Origin: Eutreptiella sp. 'Long Island Sound 2002' | Taxonomy: Eukaryota; Protista; Euglenida | Length of the DNA: 64,000 nt | Reading direction: 5' to 3' | NCBI GenBank assembly: GCA_964036045.1 | Contig: OZ038378.1 | Location: 4,588,001-4,652,000 of the forward strand | In this document: positions 34,394-47,169 of the stretch, one piece after another | How positions within the stretch are numbered: position 1 is the stretch's first letter | Layout of the letters: every line of letters starts with the position of its first letter | Notes under the pieces: model-generated | The model's input: the letters and a program-made list of their open reading frames with translations, nothing else | Told to the model about the DNA's origin: nothing | The model's database searches: none | Program-made: the position numbers and the translations under genes

Positions 34394-34660
34394 AAAAGGG
34401 CTCAATTGACGGGACCCCCAAACTCCAACCGAGACTGACCCCCGGGCCTCGAAGGTGACCCAGACCCAAAAATCGGCACAAAATGAAAATGGGATTTTTG
34501 GAATCAGCGTGTTCAGGGGGTTCAGAAAGGTCATCATTTGCCATATATTTGGTGAAAAAAAAATTTTAGACCAATTTTAATGCTCAAAAAAAATTTTCGG
34601 CGCCTTGGGCGCCAGGGTTCATAAATACTGATTAATGGTGCCTGTCAATTGAGCCCTTTT
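34394..34660. repeat. 17-bp inverted repeat pair (probable MITE)
   Basis: AAAAGGGCTCAATTGAC (34394-34410) and GTCAATTGAGCCCTTTT (34644-34660). Confidence 0.65.
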
Positions 34661-34806
34661 CCCGACCCCCCCCCCCAGTTTTTGGGGGCTCCATCGACGC
34701 TCCCCCCCCCCCGGAAGTGAAAACCCGGCGGCCCCAGCCTCTGCTTGCGATAGCACGGCATGTCGAGTCCTGGTCCACGGCCTCATGAGCGGGCACCGCA
34801 TACCAC

Positions 34807-37802
34807 CATGCGTTGGCTTGAGGTGTCTGTCACGTTGTATGCCGCGTCCTGATACCCCCCCTGGGCTGTTTCGAGCTCAGGGGGTTCAGGCTCCTCCACG
34901 ATCTGTTTGTCTTCGGATATGAAACCAGCAAAATGAGGGTTCCGGAGTACGACCTGAGAGGGCAGGGCAGGAGGGGGGACACCCCGGAGGACCCAATCAC
35001 CGGGGGGATGTTGCGTCCGGGCAGCCCCCCGCAGGAGGAAGCACCACACAGGGGGGCACGCACGGTGGGGAGGCGGGGGGCGGACAAGGTTTTTTGGCCC
35101 CATGACACAACGGCGGTTTGGACGCCAACAGGCTCGTGCCCTCCTCAATATGCTTCCCTCTATCACGCCCCATGGGGGTAATGTATGGGGCTGGGGTAGC
35201 GTAGGGAGTTTGGGGGCAACACACCAGCATTGCCTTTGGAAGGGGAGGCATGGCAACGGCAATGGGTGCGGGCCTCCAACAGAGCCCCTTCTGTTGCCCC
35301 CACACCCACGGTTGGCGCGTTAACCCTATGAAGAGGGCACCAGGCTATCAAGGCCCACACTGCAGCTGTGCAGAGGGATTAGGTGTGGAGTTCATGAGCA
35401 GGTTGTTGGGGTGGTGTTGGGGCCATTAAACTCGAAGCCGCAATCCTGGGCCCACGGAATCGCGTTTGGTGCGCAGCTGCCCGCACATGCCCCGGAGCGC
35501 ACTGCATCACAATACCTTCTTGCCCTCACAGATGTTCCGGAATGTCCCGCACTGGCGCTTGTAGTCCAGACGGTGACAGGCCTTCGAGAGGGTTGCGTTG
35601 CACAATGAAGGCATCGGGACCTAATGTGCAGCAGGTGCAGAGGCCCCTTCATTGCCTTTGCGACAGTTTCAATGGAGGTGTGTGCTCTTGGTTTGTTTGT
35701 GCTGGCAGGATCAGCAGCATGGTCATGACCGGCCCCCTGGCAGCGTAAGTATCCGGTGATCCGGTCACAGGACATTCTGTAGGCAGCGCTCTTGGCCTGT
35801 TGACTAACCCTCTCATGGGCCGAATAATCAAATTTTTGTGTTAATAATTTTTATTATCCCATAGTTCTCTGCCTTCACGAAGGCAATTAATCAACTCAGG
35901 CATTTAAGGTTTTCATGATTTGGCCACTGTTCACTCAAACCGCGTCAATACTTTATTAACTTTTGATAAATTTCAACTTGGGCCGGCATGCACGCAACTG
36001 CTGCACTGCTTCCACATTGTATGCACCTTGCTCAATGTTCTTTTGAACTCGTCTGTACTTGTCCTTGAGCACCTCAAGAAAACATAAGGAATCACATTCC
36101 AAAAAACCAACACCCCGATACGAAACACGTGCACACTAAACACATTCTGCGGAACATTCATTGTGGCACTGTGGCGTTGTGACGTGTGTGCACTGAACCA
36201 TAGCGGTCCCCCAGCTGCAAATGGATGAAAAGGGGGGGGGTGCTATCTGTCTTCGAAAAAACAGGGGGTGTTTTGATCCGGCTTCCCGCCTGTTGGCTTC
36301 ACCGAAACGCGCCGGAAAGTGTATGGGGGTCTCGGGCCGTGGTGTCAAAGAGGGAGGTTTCTGGGAGAGAGTGGAGCATGGGGAGAAAGGGGGAAGAGGA
36401 ATGTGCGTACAGAGAACTACCCCAGTTGGGGATGAAGCAATGCACGCGTGCAGGTGCCATCTTAGGTCCATTCCCCTTGTCTAACAGAGCCACCTCGGAG
36501 AGCCCTTGGATTGCAACCACTCGGAAGGACATCTCTTCAAGGAGGAGCAGGAAGCGGGGAGGAAACAAATGCGCAAATGAGAGAAACGCAATGCCGGTCG
36601 GAGGGTCCGAGGGTCCGAGGGATGCGACCGCCGATCACGCAAACCAAGACCTCTGCTTGGAAATTGCGAGAAAAGACTGCTCGCAAGTGGGAGAGGGGCG
36701 GAGGGGGCGAGGGGCAATGTGCATACTCCCGGAGGCTCTCCCTCGGGACCGCCCAGCAGATTCAGCAGTCCCATGTGGCCCCTGCATGGCGGGAAGGGAA
36801 TACCCGTCTCATGACCGTGGGCGGCACTTGATTCAGCCCCAAAACGGCGTTCACATGGAACGCAAAAATCTCTGACGCCCAGTTGGTGCAGGCCCTGAGG
36901 CAACACATGCGGAAAAGGCAACATTGTACAGGAAAAGTAGGGGCGCTGGGGGGCCGAGTATAGACGAGGGACAGACAACAGCGAGAGAGGCGTGGGGGGA
37001 GGGAGTAAGGGAGGGAGGGAGACGGCAGACAGACAGACAGAGAGAGTGAGAGAGAGAGAGCGATCTGGAGGTAGGCATCGGCTCGACACGAGCAAAGCGA
37101 CTGCTTGCCGACGAGCAGAGCAGACGCAAAGTCGTATGGATGCAGTCAGCTCCCAGAAAAGGTCTGAGGCAGCACGCTCTGCAAACATGAAGTGGAAAAC
37201 GTAGGCCCTTGAACTGCACAGGGGTTTTCTATACGCAACTGGTATACTGCCAATGGGGCGCTGCTTTTGAAGCCTGTCATCTTTGAGAAACCCCATGTAT
37301 CAGCAGCCCACAGTGGGGTCCAAAGAAGAGGCAGAAGGGGGGGGGGGGGGGCAGAGCTTCACTTAGGGGGGGGGGGAGGGGGTCCCAAGGGGTGTGTTCC
37401 TGAGTTTTGGTGGGCGCCAATGGCGCCCAAGAAGACTTTTGCCCCAAATGGACCTGTGCCGAAAGCACCGGAGAAAAATTTTCGTTGGCTGAAAGGCGGA
37501 GAGAAATTTTCCTCAATCACTTAAGGAGGGATGGTGGGTGGGGGGGGGGGGGGGCACCCAGCCCCATGGCGCTGAGTTGTTAAGCGAAGCTCGGGGGGAG
37601 GGGGGGGTCCGTTCCTCCTCCTCCTCCCGCATCTTAAACCAAATTTGCAACACTAATTGGCCAGTCGCAGGAACAAACCTGAGCGGCAGATGATGCGGCG
37701 TAAAGAGGTTGCAGCGGAAGAAGCGGTAAACGGTGCGGATGCCTTCGTTCAGGACGACCTTGAGCTTGTAATTGACCCCCCCCATTTCCAGCTGCTCCAA
37801 TC
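34807..37802 (-). CDS. Candidate upstream exons of the same gene
   Basis: Stop-free exons with canonical AG/GT: 34953-34807 (147 nt, phase 0-0), 35581-35516 (66 nt, 0-0) and 37802-37679 (LEMGGVNYKLKVVLNEGIRTVYRFF). Weaker candidates: 35736-~35656 (GC donor) and 37273-37201. Confidence 0.45.
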
Positions 37803-39380
37803 CTGAGAGCAGAGGCAGAACACCAGGCGCCTGGAATGAAGGAGTGTGCCATCACCAGAAGACTCCGGATTCCAGCAGTCCATACCCAATCGAAATCCTG
37901 GGCGGTTGGGAGTAAAGGCCGTGTGGGGAGGGGTTCACTGGTTGATTCCCGTGTTGTACAACTGGTGCCCAACGCCCCATGCCATGTTTTTCTGTGGCCT
38001 GTGGGCCCTGTTAATCCCGACCGTTTGCATTGCTCAAGAGTGGGGGGGGGGGGGGGGAGCACAGTTTTGTGGATGAAAGTGGAAGGTTTGTCCCACTGCT
38101 TATGATTACAACCTACGGCCCACTTGGCACCCTCCCATGCCGGCAGCAGGAGATCTGGCAGGGAGGCTTTCCAGAAGGTGAAATTTGGATGGTGCTGTCC
38201 ACCACGAATGATGTGGAAATTGTAACACAAGGTCAGGGAGTCGAGGCAGGGGGATAGAGGGGGAGGGGCAGGGTTCCAAGAAGGTGTATTGGTTGCACCA
38301 GTATCCAGTGCCACATCTTTCGTGTGACCTGCTTGTTGGGTTGCGGATGGGGGAGGGCCTACATACCTGGCAGTGGTTGCAAAGACGGGCACATGTGTTG
38401 AGCATTCAACAACTCAGCATGAAAAAAATTCAGGTTTGGTGTAAAATTAATTGAGGTCTAGTGTGTAAACTGCCTAAAAAGGTTGCAATGACAAAAGAAA
38501 ATGGCAATAAGGGAGGCGCCACAGAAATTGCACACTTCCCTTATTGTTCACACCGTGTCATTGAGGTTTCTTTTCATCACGCTTTTTATCTTGAAACGTG
38601 CAATCTTTTTGTAATCAAAACCTTTTTGTGCAATTATGTTCAAATATAAACACTGCACCAAAACTTTTCACCCCAAACATGAATTCTTTTACGCGGATGC
38701 AACAAAGGTGTGCATATGTACACACACCTTGGTCTGAAGGAAAAATTACATGCTGCCAGGTTACTGCATACAAACCAAAATAACTCCCTAGAATTCTACA
38801 ATTAAATTACGCAATTATCCACGTTTGTGGATCGGTGGGAAAACAAATACACACACAGACCTCACTAACTAAAACTGTTCCATTCTTTTTTTTCCACAAT
38901 CAACCTTCCCAACACCAATACAGCAGGGGATCTATAGACAGATCCATACACTTGTGTGTATGGCTCCAAGGCTAAGGATGCAAAGAGAACACTTCTTGTG
39001 CACAACAGACACACAGCAAGTGTGCTGCAGAGTAAGGGATGTGCTAAAATGTCAATTTGCGGCATGAATTGTTTCTGGGCACCATGTAACTCACCGGTAA
39101 TTAGAAACACCTCACCGGGGTGATACACCAAATCAATATCCAAGAATGGCAAGTACGAGTGAAACTATGTGGCATATCTTTGGCAGCATATCCACCAGGG
39201 TGCAGGGTCACAACGTAGGGTTGCGGAGGCAAGTAGGGACCCCCCCCCCTTACTTTGAGGGCCGGGAACTCAAAAAAGACATGTTTTGGAAGGTGTTTAG
39301 ATGGCTGGGGTTGGGTAATTGGGCTCACCAAGGAAGGGTCAAGGCCACACGCATGCATGCAAGTGTATGGATGATAGTAT

Positions 39381-40266
39381 GCACGAAGTCGCCCCCCCCC
39401 CTACCTACCCCCCCCTACCCCCCCCCCACCCCCCCCCCTACCCCCCCCCCTACCTCCCCCCCCCCTACCTCCCCCCCCTACCTTCGGCTCGCTTCACTCG
39501 ACAGACGCGGCTCGCTTTCGCTCGACGCGGGGGCCAGCCCCCGCACCCCCCTTAAATAACATGACTCCTGCGGTGGCCACAGACCGCCTTTTGTGTGCAC
39601 CGCCTTGTGTGTGCACCGCCTTCTGTGTGTACCGCCTTGCCTGTGGCCCCTTAAATAACAAGACTCCTGCGGTGGCTACAGACCGCCTTTTGTGTGTTCC
39701 GCCTTGTGTGTGCACCGCCTTGTGTGTGCACCGCCTTGCCTGTGGCCCCTTAAATAACATGACTCCTGCGGTGGCTACAGACCGCCTTTTGTGTGTTCCG
39801 CCTTGTGTGTGCACCGCCTTCTGTGTGTACCGCCTTGCTGTGGCCCCTTAAATAACAAGACTCCTGCGGTGGCTACAGACCGCCTTTTGTGTGTTCCGCC
39901 TTTTGTGTGTTCCGCCTTGTGTGTGCACCGGCCTTCTGTGTGTACCGCCTTGCCTGTGGCCCCTTAAATAACAAGACTCCTGCGGTGGCTACAGACCGCC
40001 TTTTGTGTGTTCCGCCTTGTGTGTGCACCGCCTTCTGTGTGCACCGCCTTGCCTGTGGCCCCTTAAATAACAAGACTCCTGCGGTGGCTACAGACCGCCT
40101 TTTGTGTGTTCCGCCTTGTGTGTGCACCGCCTTCCCCCCCCATACCCCCCCCCCCACCTTCTCGACCCCCCCCCCTACCCCCCCCCTACCTCCCCCCCTA
40201 CCCCCCCCCTACCTCCCCCCATACCCCCCCCCCCTACCTCCAAGGTAGGGGGGGGCGACTTCGTGC
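39381..40266. mobile_element. Non-autonomous TIR element containing a hierarchical tandem array
   Basis: TIRs GCACGAAGTCG(C)nTACC (39381-39405) and GGTA(G)nCGACTTCGTGC (40243-40266), with C-run/TA tracts inside both ends. Six 98-116-bp units start at about 39548, 39647, 39747, 39845, 39961 and 40060, each built from 16-17-bp CCGCCTT(T/C/G)TGTGTG subunits. Confidence 0.8.
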
Positions 40267-43200
40267 GATATATGGTATGGATGTAGTTAAGTATCTCATC
40301 GCTTATCTCGGCTACATGCATACAAGTGTGTGGATTGTGGCGATGAGAAAGCTTCTGATGTGACACCTACTGTGCGCCATGTTACGCAAGGGCATGGAAA
40401 TTCGTAAGTTTGCACACACATAAGAATGCACGTGCAAGGTAATGGGTGGGGGGAGGGCAAGTAGGGACCCCCCCCCTTTTTACTTTGAGGGTGGAAAACT
40501 CGGGGGGGGGGGGGGGCATGTCCAAAAAAAGTATTTCAATGGTTAGGACTGGGTATTGGGGCTCACTTGGCTGAGGGCTCACTCGGGTAGGAAGCGCTAA
40601 CAATAGGCTATGACATCATTAGCAACAAGATCCTAACACAGCAACAAAAGGTAGCCAAATTGTGGGTTAAATACAACCCAAAGAGCTCATTGCATCCCCA
40701 ACAATGCATTTCACATCATAACAATGAAAGGTGATGCACTAAATAGTCCCAACCGAAATTGTAAGGGTGTGGAGAGGGCTATGAATTGCTTTTTTTTCCC
40801 TCCAGAAAAGGGTAGTTTTTGGTACTTGTGGCAGGATTTTGTCATCGGTGATGGCATACCTGATTTGAAGCATAGATTGGCTAGCCACATTCCATGTACT
40901 TGGATGTGTGTGGCCCCATGCTGCAGGGGATAGATAGCCACAATTCACGCACTTGCATGTGGGTGGACCCAAATAGTAAGTCAAGACGCACAGCCGTAGT
41001 CCACATATGACAAAGTATCTTTCGCCGCATCAAAATCATACATATGCACTTGCACTGCAATTGCAATTGCAATTCCGTGCACTTGCCTATGTCTCGGGGA
41101 CGGTTGTGATTGTGCCAACACGGAGCGTTTTTGGGGGTTGGAGCCAGTGTCTCCCCATTTGTGTCTATGGAGTGTCCTGTAGGTAGGGGTATGTGGGGTA
41201 TATTCAAAAAGCCCTTGAAAAGGGCTTTCCGGAGATGGATGGGTTATGGGGCAAGGGGTCCGGAACCATAACGTTTCGAAAATTGGCCATTAGCGTTGAC
41301 GGCTTAGGTTTTTTTTTGCTTGTTCTAGTCAGGTTTTAGAATAAGAGCACTAAACCCCTACCCCCTTTACCGGGTGCGCTGTTTTGGGGGGGGGGGGGGG
41401 GGGAAGAGGTAACCCCCCACCCCATTTGGGGTGGGGGGTTCAAAAAATTACGTTTTGGAGAATTTGTTACACTGGGAAAGCTGAATGAGGGCAAAGGTAT
41501 GAAAAGGGGGGGGGGATCACTGTTGATGGGATCCAACCCAGAGTGCCAAAAATAGCCACTTAACCCTTTAAAATAGCCTATCCCTAGCCCCCCCCCCCCC
41601 CCCATACCATGGAAATTGGAAACGTTCCCCTTCCTTTTGCTCATTTTCATCATTCACAATCACTTTTAGGACTTTCAGTACTGCTAACACACTTGATGTC
41701 CTGCTTCTTCATGACCCTAGCCAGATGAGCCTGCGGCAGGTACTCCCTGGGGGTTTGTACAGATATGACAAACGAATGTACAAATCATTATTGAGAGCAT
41801 GAAAATCTGAATCTGACATGTTTGCGGGAATGAGCACAAAAGGAATAAGAAAGACACCAGCATCAGCAAAAATCCTGACATAAATCCCCATAATCCCCCA
41901 TAAAACCCCATAATTCCCCATAATTCCCCATACATCAACCATAATTGTCCCATAATTCCCCATAATTCAACCATAATTTACCCATAATTCCCCATAATTC
42001 CACCCCACGGTCCCCACGCGCCATTGGCCAACAACCACTCCCACGGTACCCCTTTAGGAATTATGGGAAATTTGCTCGCCAAAGCCAAAGGAAGTCCACT
42101 CGCCAGGCTCGCCAAGGTTTTGGCGAACACATAGCCCTGATAATGGCTCATGTCACCAATTTTGTGCCATAATTGCCTATTGTTAGCAAGCTGTGCAGGA
42201 TGATGTCATGCCCTATTTTTAGTCCTTCCAATCCCTTACTAGGCCCCAAAAACCAACCCCTACCCATCTAAATACCTTCCAAAGCATGTTTTTTCTTTTA
42301 ATTCCCCCACACTCAAAATAAAAGGGGGGGTCTTTATTTCCACACATCGGAGGGAAATTGCAAAAATTCCCACAAAGTGCCAAAACCCTCCGCATTGGCA
42401 TAGAACAGATGTCCCGAGAGATGTGTGTGACCCGAATATGGCAAAGGCTATATGGCCACAATTCTTGTACGTTTGTGATTGGCCACAATATCACATAATT
42501 ATTATGCTTCCAATCACCTGTTGGGAAGCAACAAGTGTCCAATGGAATAATGTTGTAAGAAGAAGCAATGCAAAGAACGAGCTTAAGATGGTTTTTCCTT
42601 GGTGGGACTGGTCCCTCGGCAACCATTGCTAGCAAGTGCGGTGCACAACAAGCAGTGCACAGCGGGTGCTTCTTGTTGCACTCGTGATCCTTTGCTCGAC
42701 AATCCAACAAACATAAAGCGTCCACAAGAGGGCCAAGTTTGTGTGTCTTACATGAATCAGAATCTTGTCCTAGGCACTATAGCATGCCATCTAGGGCAGC
42801 CTTGATGCAATAGTTTCCTTTACCACCACCTTGTGCTCACTACCTAGTGTATCAATGGTTTCTTCCATAACACAAGTTAGCTCCAAACGCACAAATACAT
42901 GGAGTGGGTTATGAATGTGGCATCCCATGGTCAATGTTGCCCCAAGAAGCAATACACAAACCGGCCATTAGACGTCATTCAAATCATGGTAGCAAGCAAT
43001 ATATCTGCACCATTAGTTGCAACAAATTGGGGGAAAACCTAAAAAAGATTCAAAGGGTTCTATTGCAGATGAAGAAAATGTAAATCTCCAGCAAGCAAAT
43101 ATCCACCCTAGCTTCGACTCCCCCCAAGCTCCAACTACAAATTTCCCATGGTTGGCGAAACCGAAAACATCATTGGCAACTGCGCACGGTAGAAAAAAAG

Positions 43201-46200
43201 CTGTGGTGGGAAACAGTCTCCATTTGGGCACACCCACCAATGTGCATGGGCACTATTGCAAGAGTAAACTAAAGTTCCATATAAAATAATCTACACCCTG
43301 ATATCTATACTAAATCTACCCACACAACCAAAATCTACCGAATCTGAATCATTTCTTTTGAGGATGCTAATTGATTTTCATCCTAATATCTCTTGCCACA
43401 TCAGCTATCCTTCTTATGGTGGGGTTGGGGCTAGGGGGGGGGGGGGGTTCTTGGCTTACAAGCCATTGGGGGCTGACACACAAGAAAAACATAATGCACA
43501 CACACAGGCTTGGTCACATGACACTATGGCCAAAAAGCAATGCACCATTCATGTGAAAAACTTGGTACCCGTTTCTCCTTCCCACTTGGTGTCACAAAAT
43601 GATCGCATGACATCAATCAACACGAGGAAGTAAGTGTACAAATGAACTTGTACATGCAAAATAAGCGGGCAACACTTGTATGTGCATAGCATCATATGAC
43701 CATACAAGTGATACAATAAAACCACGAGGCACGCCATTGAGGCATGCCACTGATGGCATGAGGATAGGGCTTAGCATGGATGACATGCTAAAACATATTA
43801 GGCATCAATAGAATAGAAACAAATGCATTAGTAGGTGTTTGGTTCAATTCTAGACCCCAACCCCATGGTGTGGGAATGGGGGCTCCAAAGGGGGGCAGGG
43901 TCAATTTCTTTCAGGGTTGGGGAGCACTTTTAAATTCCTTGTTTCATTCTGAGTTATTAAACATCCACAGTGGGGTCAAATATCCTTGTACCATTCACTG
44001 GAATCCACCTTAGTAGATGCTTAACCGAACCATCAAATGCACTCGGGAAATAGTGTAAAACACATGGCAATTGAACCTAATACATTGTTTCCATTGCATT
44101 GTTTCCATTGCATTGTTTGCAACACATTGTTCTAGGCACGCCACACCATTCCATCCATCATCGAAAGAAGCAATTGCCTTGCACAAGTAAAAGCCAAAGG
44201 CATACTCGGGGCTATAGTTAGGTTAGGATAACCACAATCTTTACAATGTGTTAGTTTGCTCTCAACTTTTCCTCCTTCCTTGCCCAACTGTCCTTAGCCC
44301 ATGCCTTAGCTTGGGCATTTGGCTCCCTTGGCACAAGTTGGGGATGTGGCGGACCTTCCACACCCTTGCCGTCACAGAAAACTGAAATGAATGGCTCCGT
44401 AGTTCCTACCATTCGGGGTAAAAGTGAAACGCCCGTGTAACCCCCCTCTGAGGTAGAGGTGAAATGGCTGTGTAACCCCTGCCATCTTAGAGAGAAGTGA
44501 AGTAGATATGCACCCTTTGTCGTCTTGGGAAAAACTGAAATGGCCGCATAACCCTGCCGTCTCGTGGAAAAATGAAATAGCTACATATCCCTAACCATCT
44601 CGGGGCATAATGCACACATATTACTCATAGTTGAAGTGTCCATTACAATCTGAGCATTTTGGGTACAAACACAGTTTGAAAAAAAAACTCTGTGCTCTGG
44701 TCCAGAGAAACCAAAAAAAATTGTCTGGGCGCCAATGCCTAAGTTGGTTATTGTTCACTGTTCACAAATGGTGTGGGTGTGGGTGGGGGTGAGGTCCGGC
44801 TCCATACGCAAGCATCCCCTGTAAACCGTTGGCCATGTGAACTTAATGTGACCATTAGCAATGGAAAAGACTCACGTTCACATGTACACCAAAACACACA
44901 AATGCTTGTAACAAAACCGAATGCAAAAAGGAAATTCATGTCATATCCATTGCGTTGCTAAAGAACAACCAATCCCTTGCACATGCAGGGGAGCTTGTTC
45001 CTTGGGGAGAAAGGGGCCATGGAACTCAGAACCTCAACCTTCTCGAAGCAGTGCAAAAGAACTAGAGGATTGTTCAACAGCCAACCCTTGTTGAAAGATG
45101 GCCTAGGAAATGAGTGGAGAGGACTGAAATGGCTACATAACCCCTACCATATCAGGTCTCTAGAGCGGAGAGGGCTGAGATGGCTGCATAACCCCTGCCG
45201 TATGCGGGTCCCCTCAGCACGGAGGAAACAACAGATGGGGTGAAAATGCATCTTCATGTTTCACTTCATATTTGAAATCTGCAGTAAATGATGAGCATTT
45301 TGAGAAGGCACAACTGGGGCGACAGTAAACATCTACCCCTTCCTCTGGGCTTGGAAAATTTTTTTCTAGCACTGTTGGCAGCATGACCCCTAGGCCACGG
45401 CCTGTCAAAACGTCGGGGAACGGTGCAAATACAAGGACCAGGCCTTTGGTTCCAAGAGAAGCGTGGAACCTGGGCTGTAAACTTTTGCACCTTGATCATT
45501 ACAGGGAGGGACGCCTGCCGAGAAATTGGGAAGTCTAGGCTGCTCCCGGACCCGTTTAGCATAGTTGGCCATCACCGGGCCAAGGCCATCAGCCCCAGGG
45601 GGTTGAGGCCCCGGGATGGGGTTCTCGGCTGCACCCATGCATCGGCCAACAGCCATTAGGCGGGAACTGTCCAGTTAAGCCGCCACATCATGCATTCGGT
45701 GGGGGATCCACGGCATCCACCACACCACACCCATAGCGGCCAAGCGGGGCTCCTCCAGGAGGTTTGTTGTCATCGCCAGGGCCAATTGGGACATTGTGCC
45801 TGACCATGGGTGGGGAGAGACGGCCAGAGGGCCTGGCGCCCCCCCATCGCTGCATCCAGGGCGGAGCCCCCACTAGAGATAATTGGTGCTCCGGGTGCCA
45901 AGTGGGCTGGCGCCCCAGGATGTCATTGCTCTCACCCTGGGCCACGATGGCGAGCTGCGTCGCCGTGCCCAGGTTGCTTGGGGCCTGTGAGGTGGGGGCC
46001 GTGTTGTCATGCTTGGTAGCCCCAACCCAGGTGTGTGTGACTGTGGGTGGGTGGGGGGGGGGGATTGAGAGTGAAATTATTGTCCCAAATCGTACAATTT
46101 TGGCTAGCCTGTGGCCTCCATTGCTGAAAGCTTAACATTCAGGCAGACTGAAGCTTGGAGGGGGGGGGGGGTTCAAAAAAAGGCATACAAATTGATTTTC

Positions 46201-46719
46201 TGCAGTCAGAATCCCCCATGCACCAGGGCGTTGAATCAATTCAAGCACCCCCTAAACAGTGAGGTCCGGCCCAGAGGCAGCATACCACATGTTCGTGGTC
46301 AAGCCCTGGCTGCTGAGCACTGGCCCTTTAGACACAGGGGAGATGCGCACAATGTCCAGGTCACCATCGGTCAGTTTGGGGGGGGAGCTCATGGGGCTCG
46401 TCCTTACACCCATTGCGTTCCAAAGCATCCGTGCCCAGGGATGACCTGCAATACTGTTGGTTCTCATCTTACTGATCAGCTCCTGGTGCAAATCTAAATG
46501 CGAGCAATTGGCATCCAAGGGCAGCGTTCGATTGAAATACTGTGGAGGCCTCAGCCTGGGGTACACCTGAACATAGGGGCCATTCATGGTGCAGGCAGAT
46601 ATGCGCGTACATTGCACGGAACACAGCTTGCCTATTTGGGCACACAACACCATGCCCCTAATCGCATGCGAGGCACTTGATACAAGCACACAGCACCACC
46701 TAACTTCTGCTGGGGCTAC

Positions 46720-47169
46720 CTAACTCAGCAACGACGAAAGGATTTTAGCAAATGATTTTAGGTATGAACCACTAAACCAATTGAGCCCTTCACTGTCATC
46801 GCTATTAAGGCTGTGGTGTTGCCTATAGGCCAAACCACCACAGGTTGCCTAAGTGCTTTCATACTTCTTCATTGTTTGTAGGTGGGACACAACGCATGTC
46901 ACCGCCATAGCCCATGCCCATAGCGCACCGACTTCATTGTGATACGACTTGTGGGTGAGCCATGCTGCAATATCCTTGTCACTCAACCAATCTCCCTCCA
47001 CAACAAGTGTTGTGTTAGCCACATGCGACTTGCGGGTGCACCTCCATGCTACGGGAACGGGCACAGTAGTATCTTCCTCGAAAAAGCTGGCATCCAACCC
47101 TTCGGCTACTCTAGGCTGGGAGAGGGGCTCCTCATTAGGGGGGGGGGGGGTGCTCATCCACGAGCGCAC
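46720..47169 (-). pseudogene. Possible Ulp1/C48 protease-like fragment (transposon-associated)
   Basis: EGDWLSDKDIAAWL followed downstream by LNSDDSEGLNWF, resembling the WLxDxxI and N..GxHW motifs. The catalytic His appears as N, and stops intervene. Confidence 0.35.

Noticed and set aside
39548-40135. CRISPR-like array
   Set aside because: The units have no unique spacers, the context is eukaryotic, and no cas genes are present; it is a tandem repeat.
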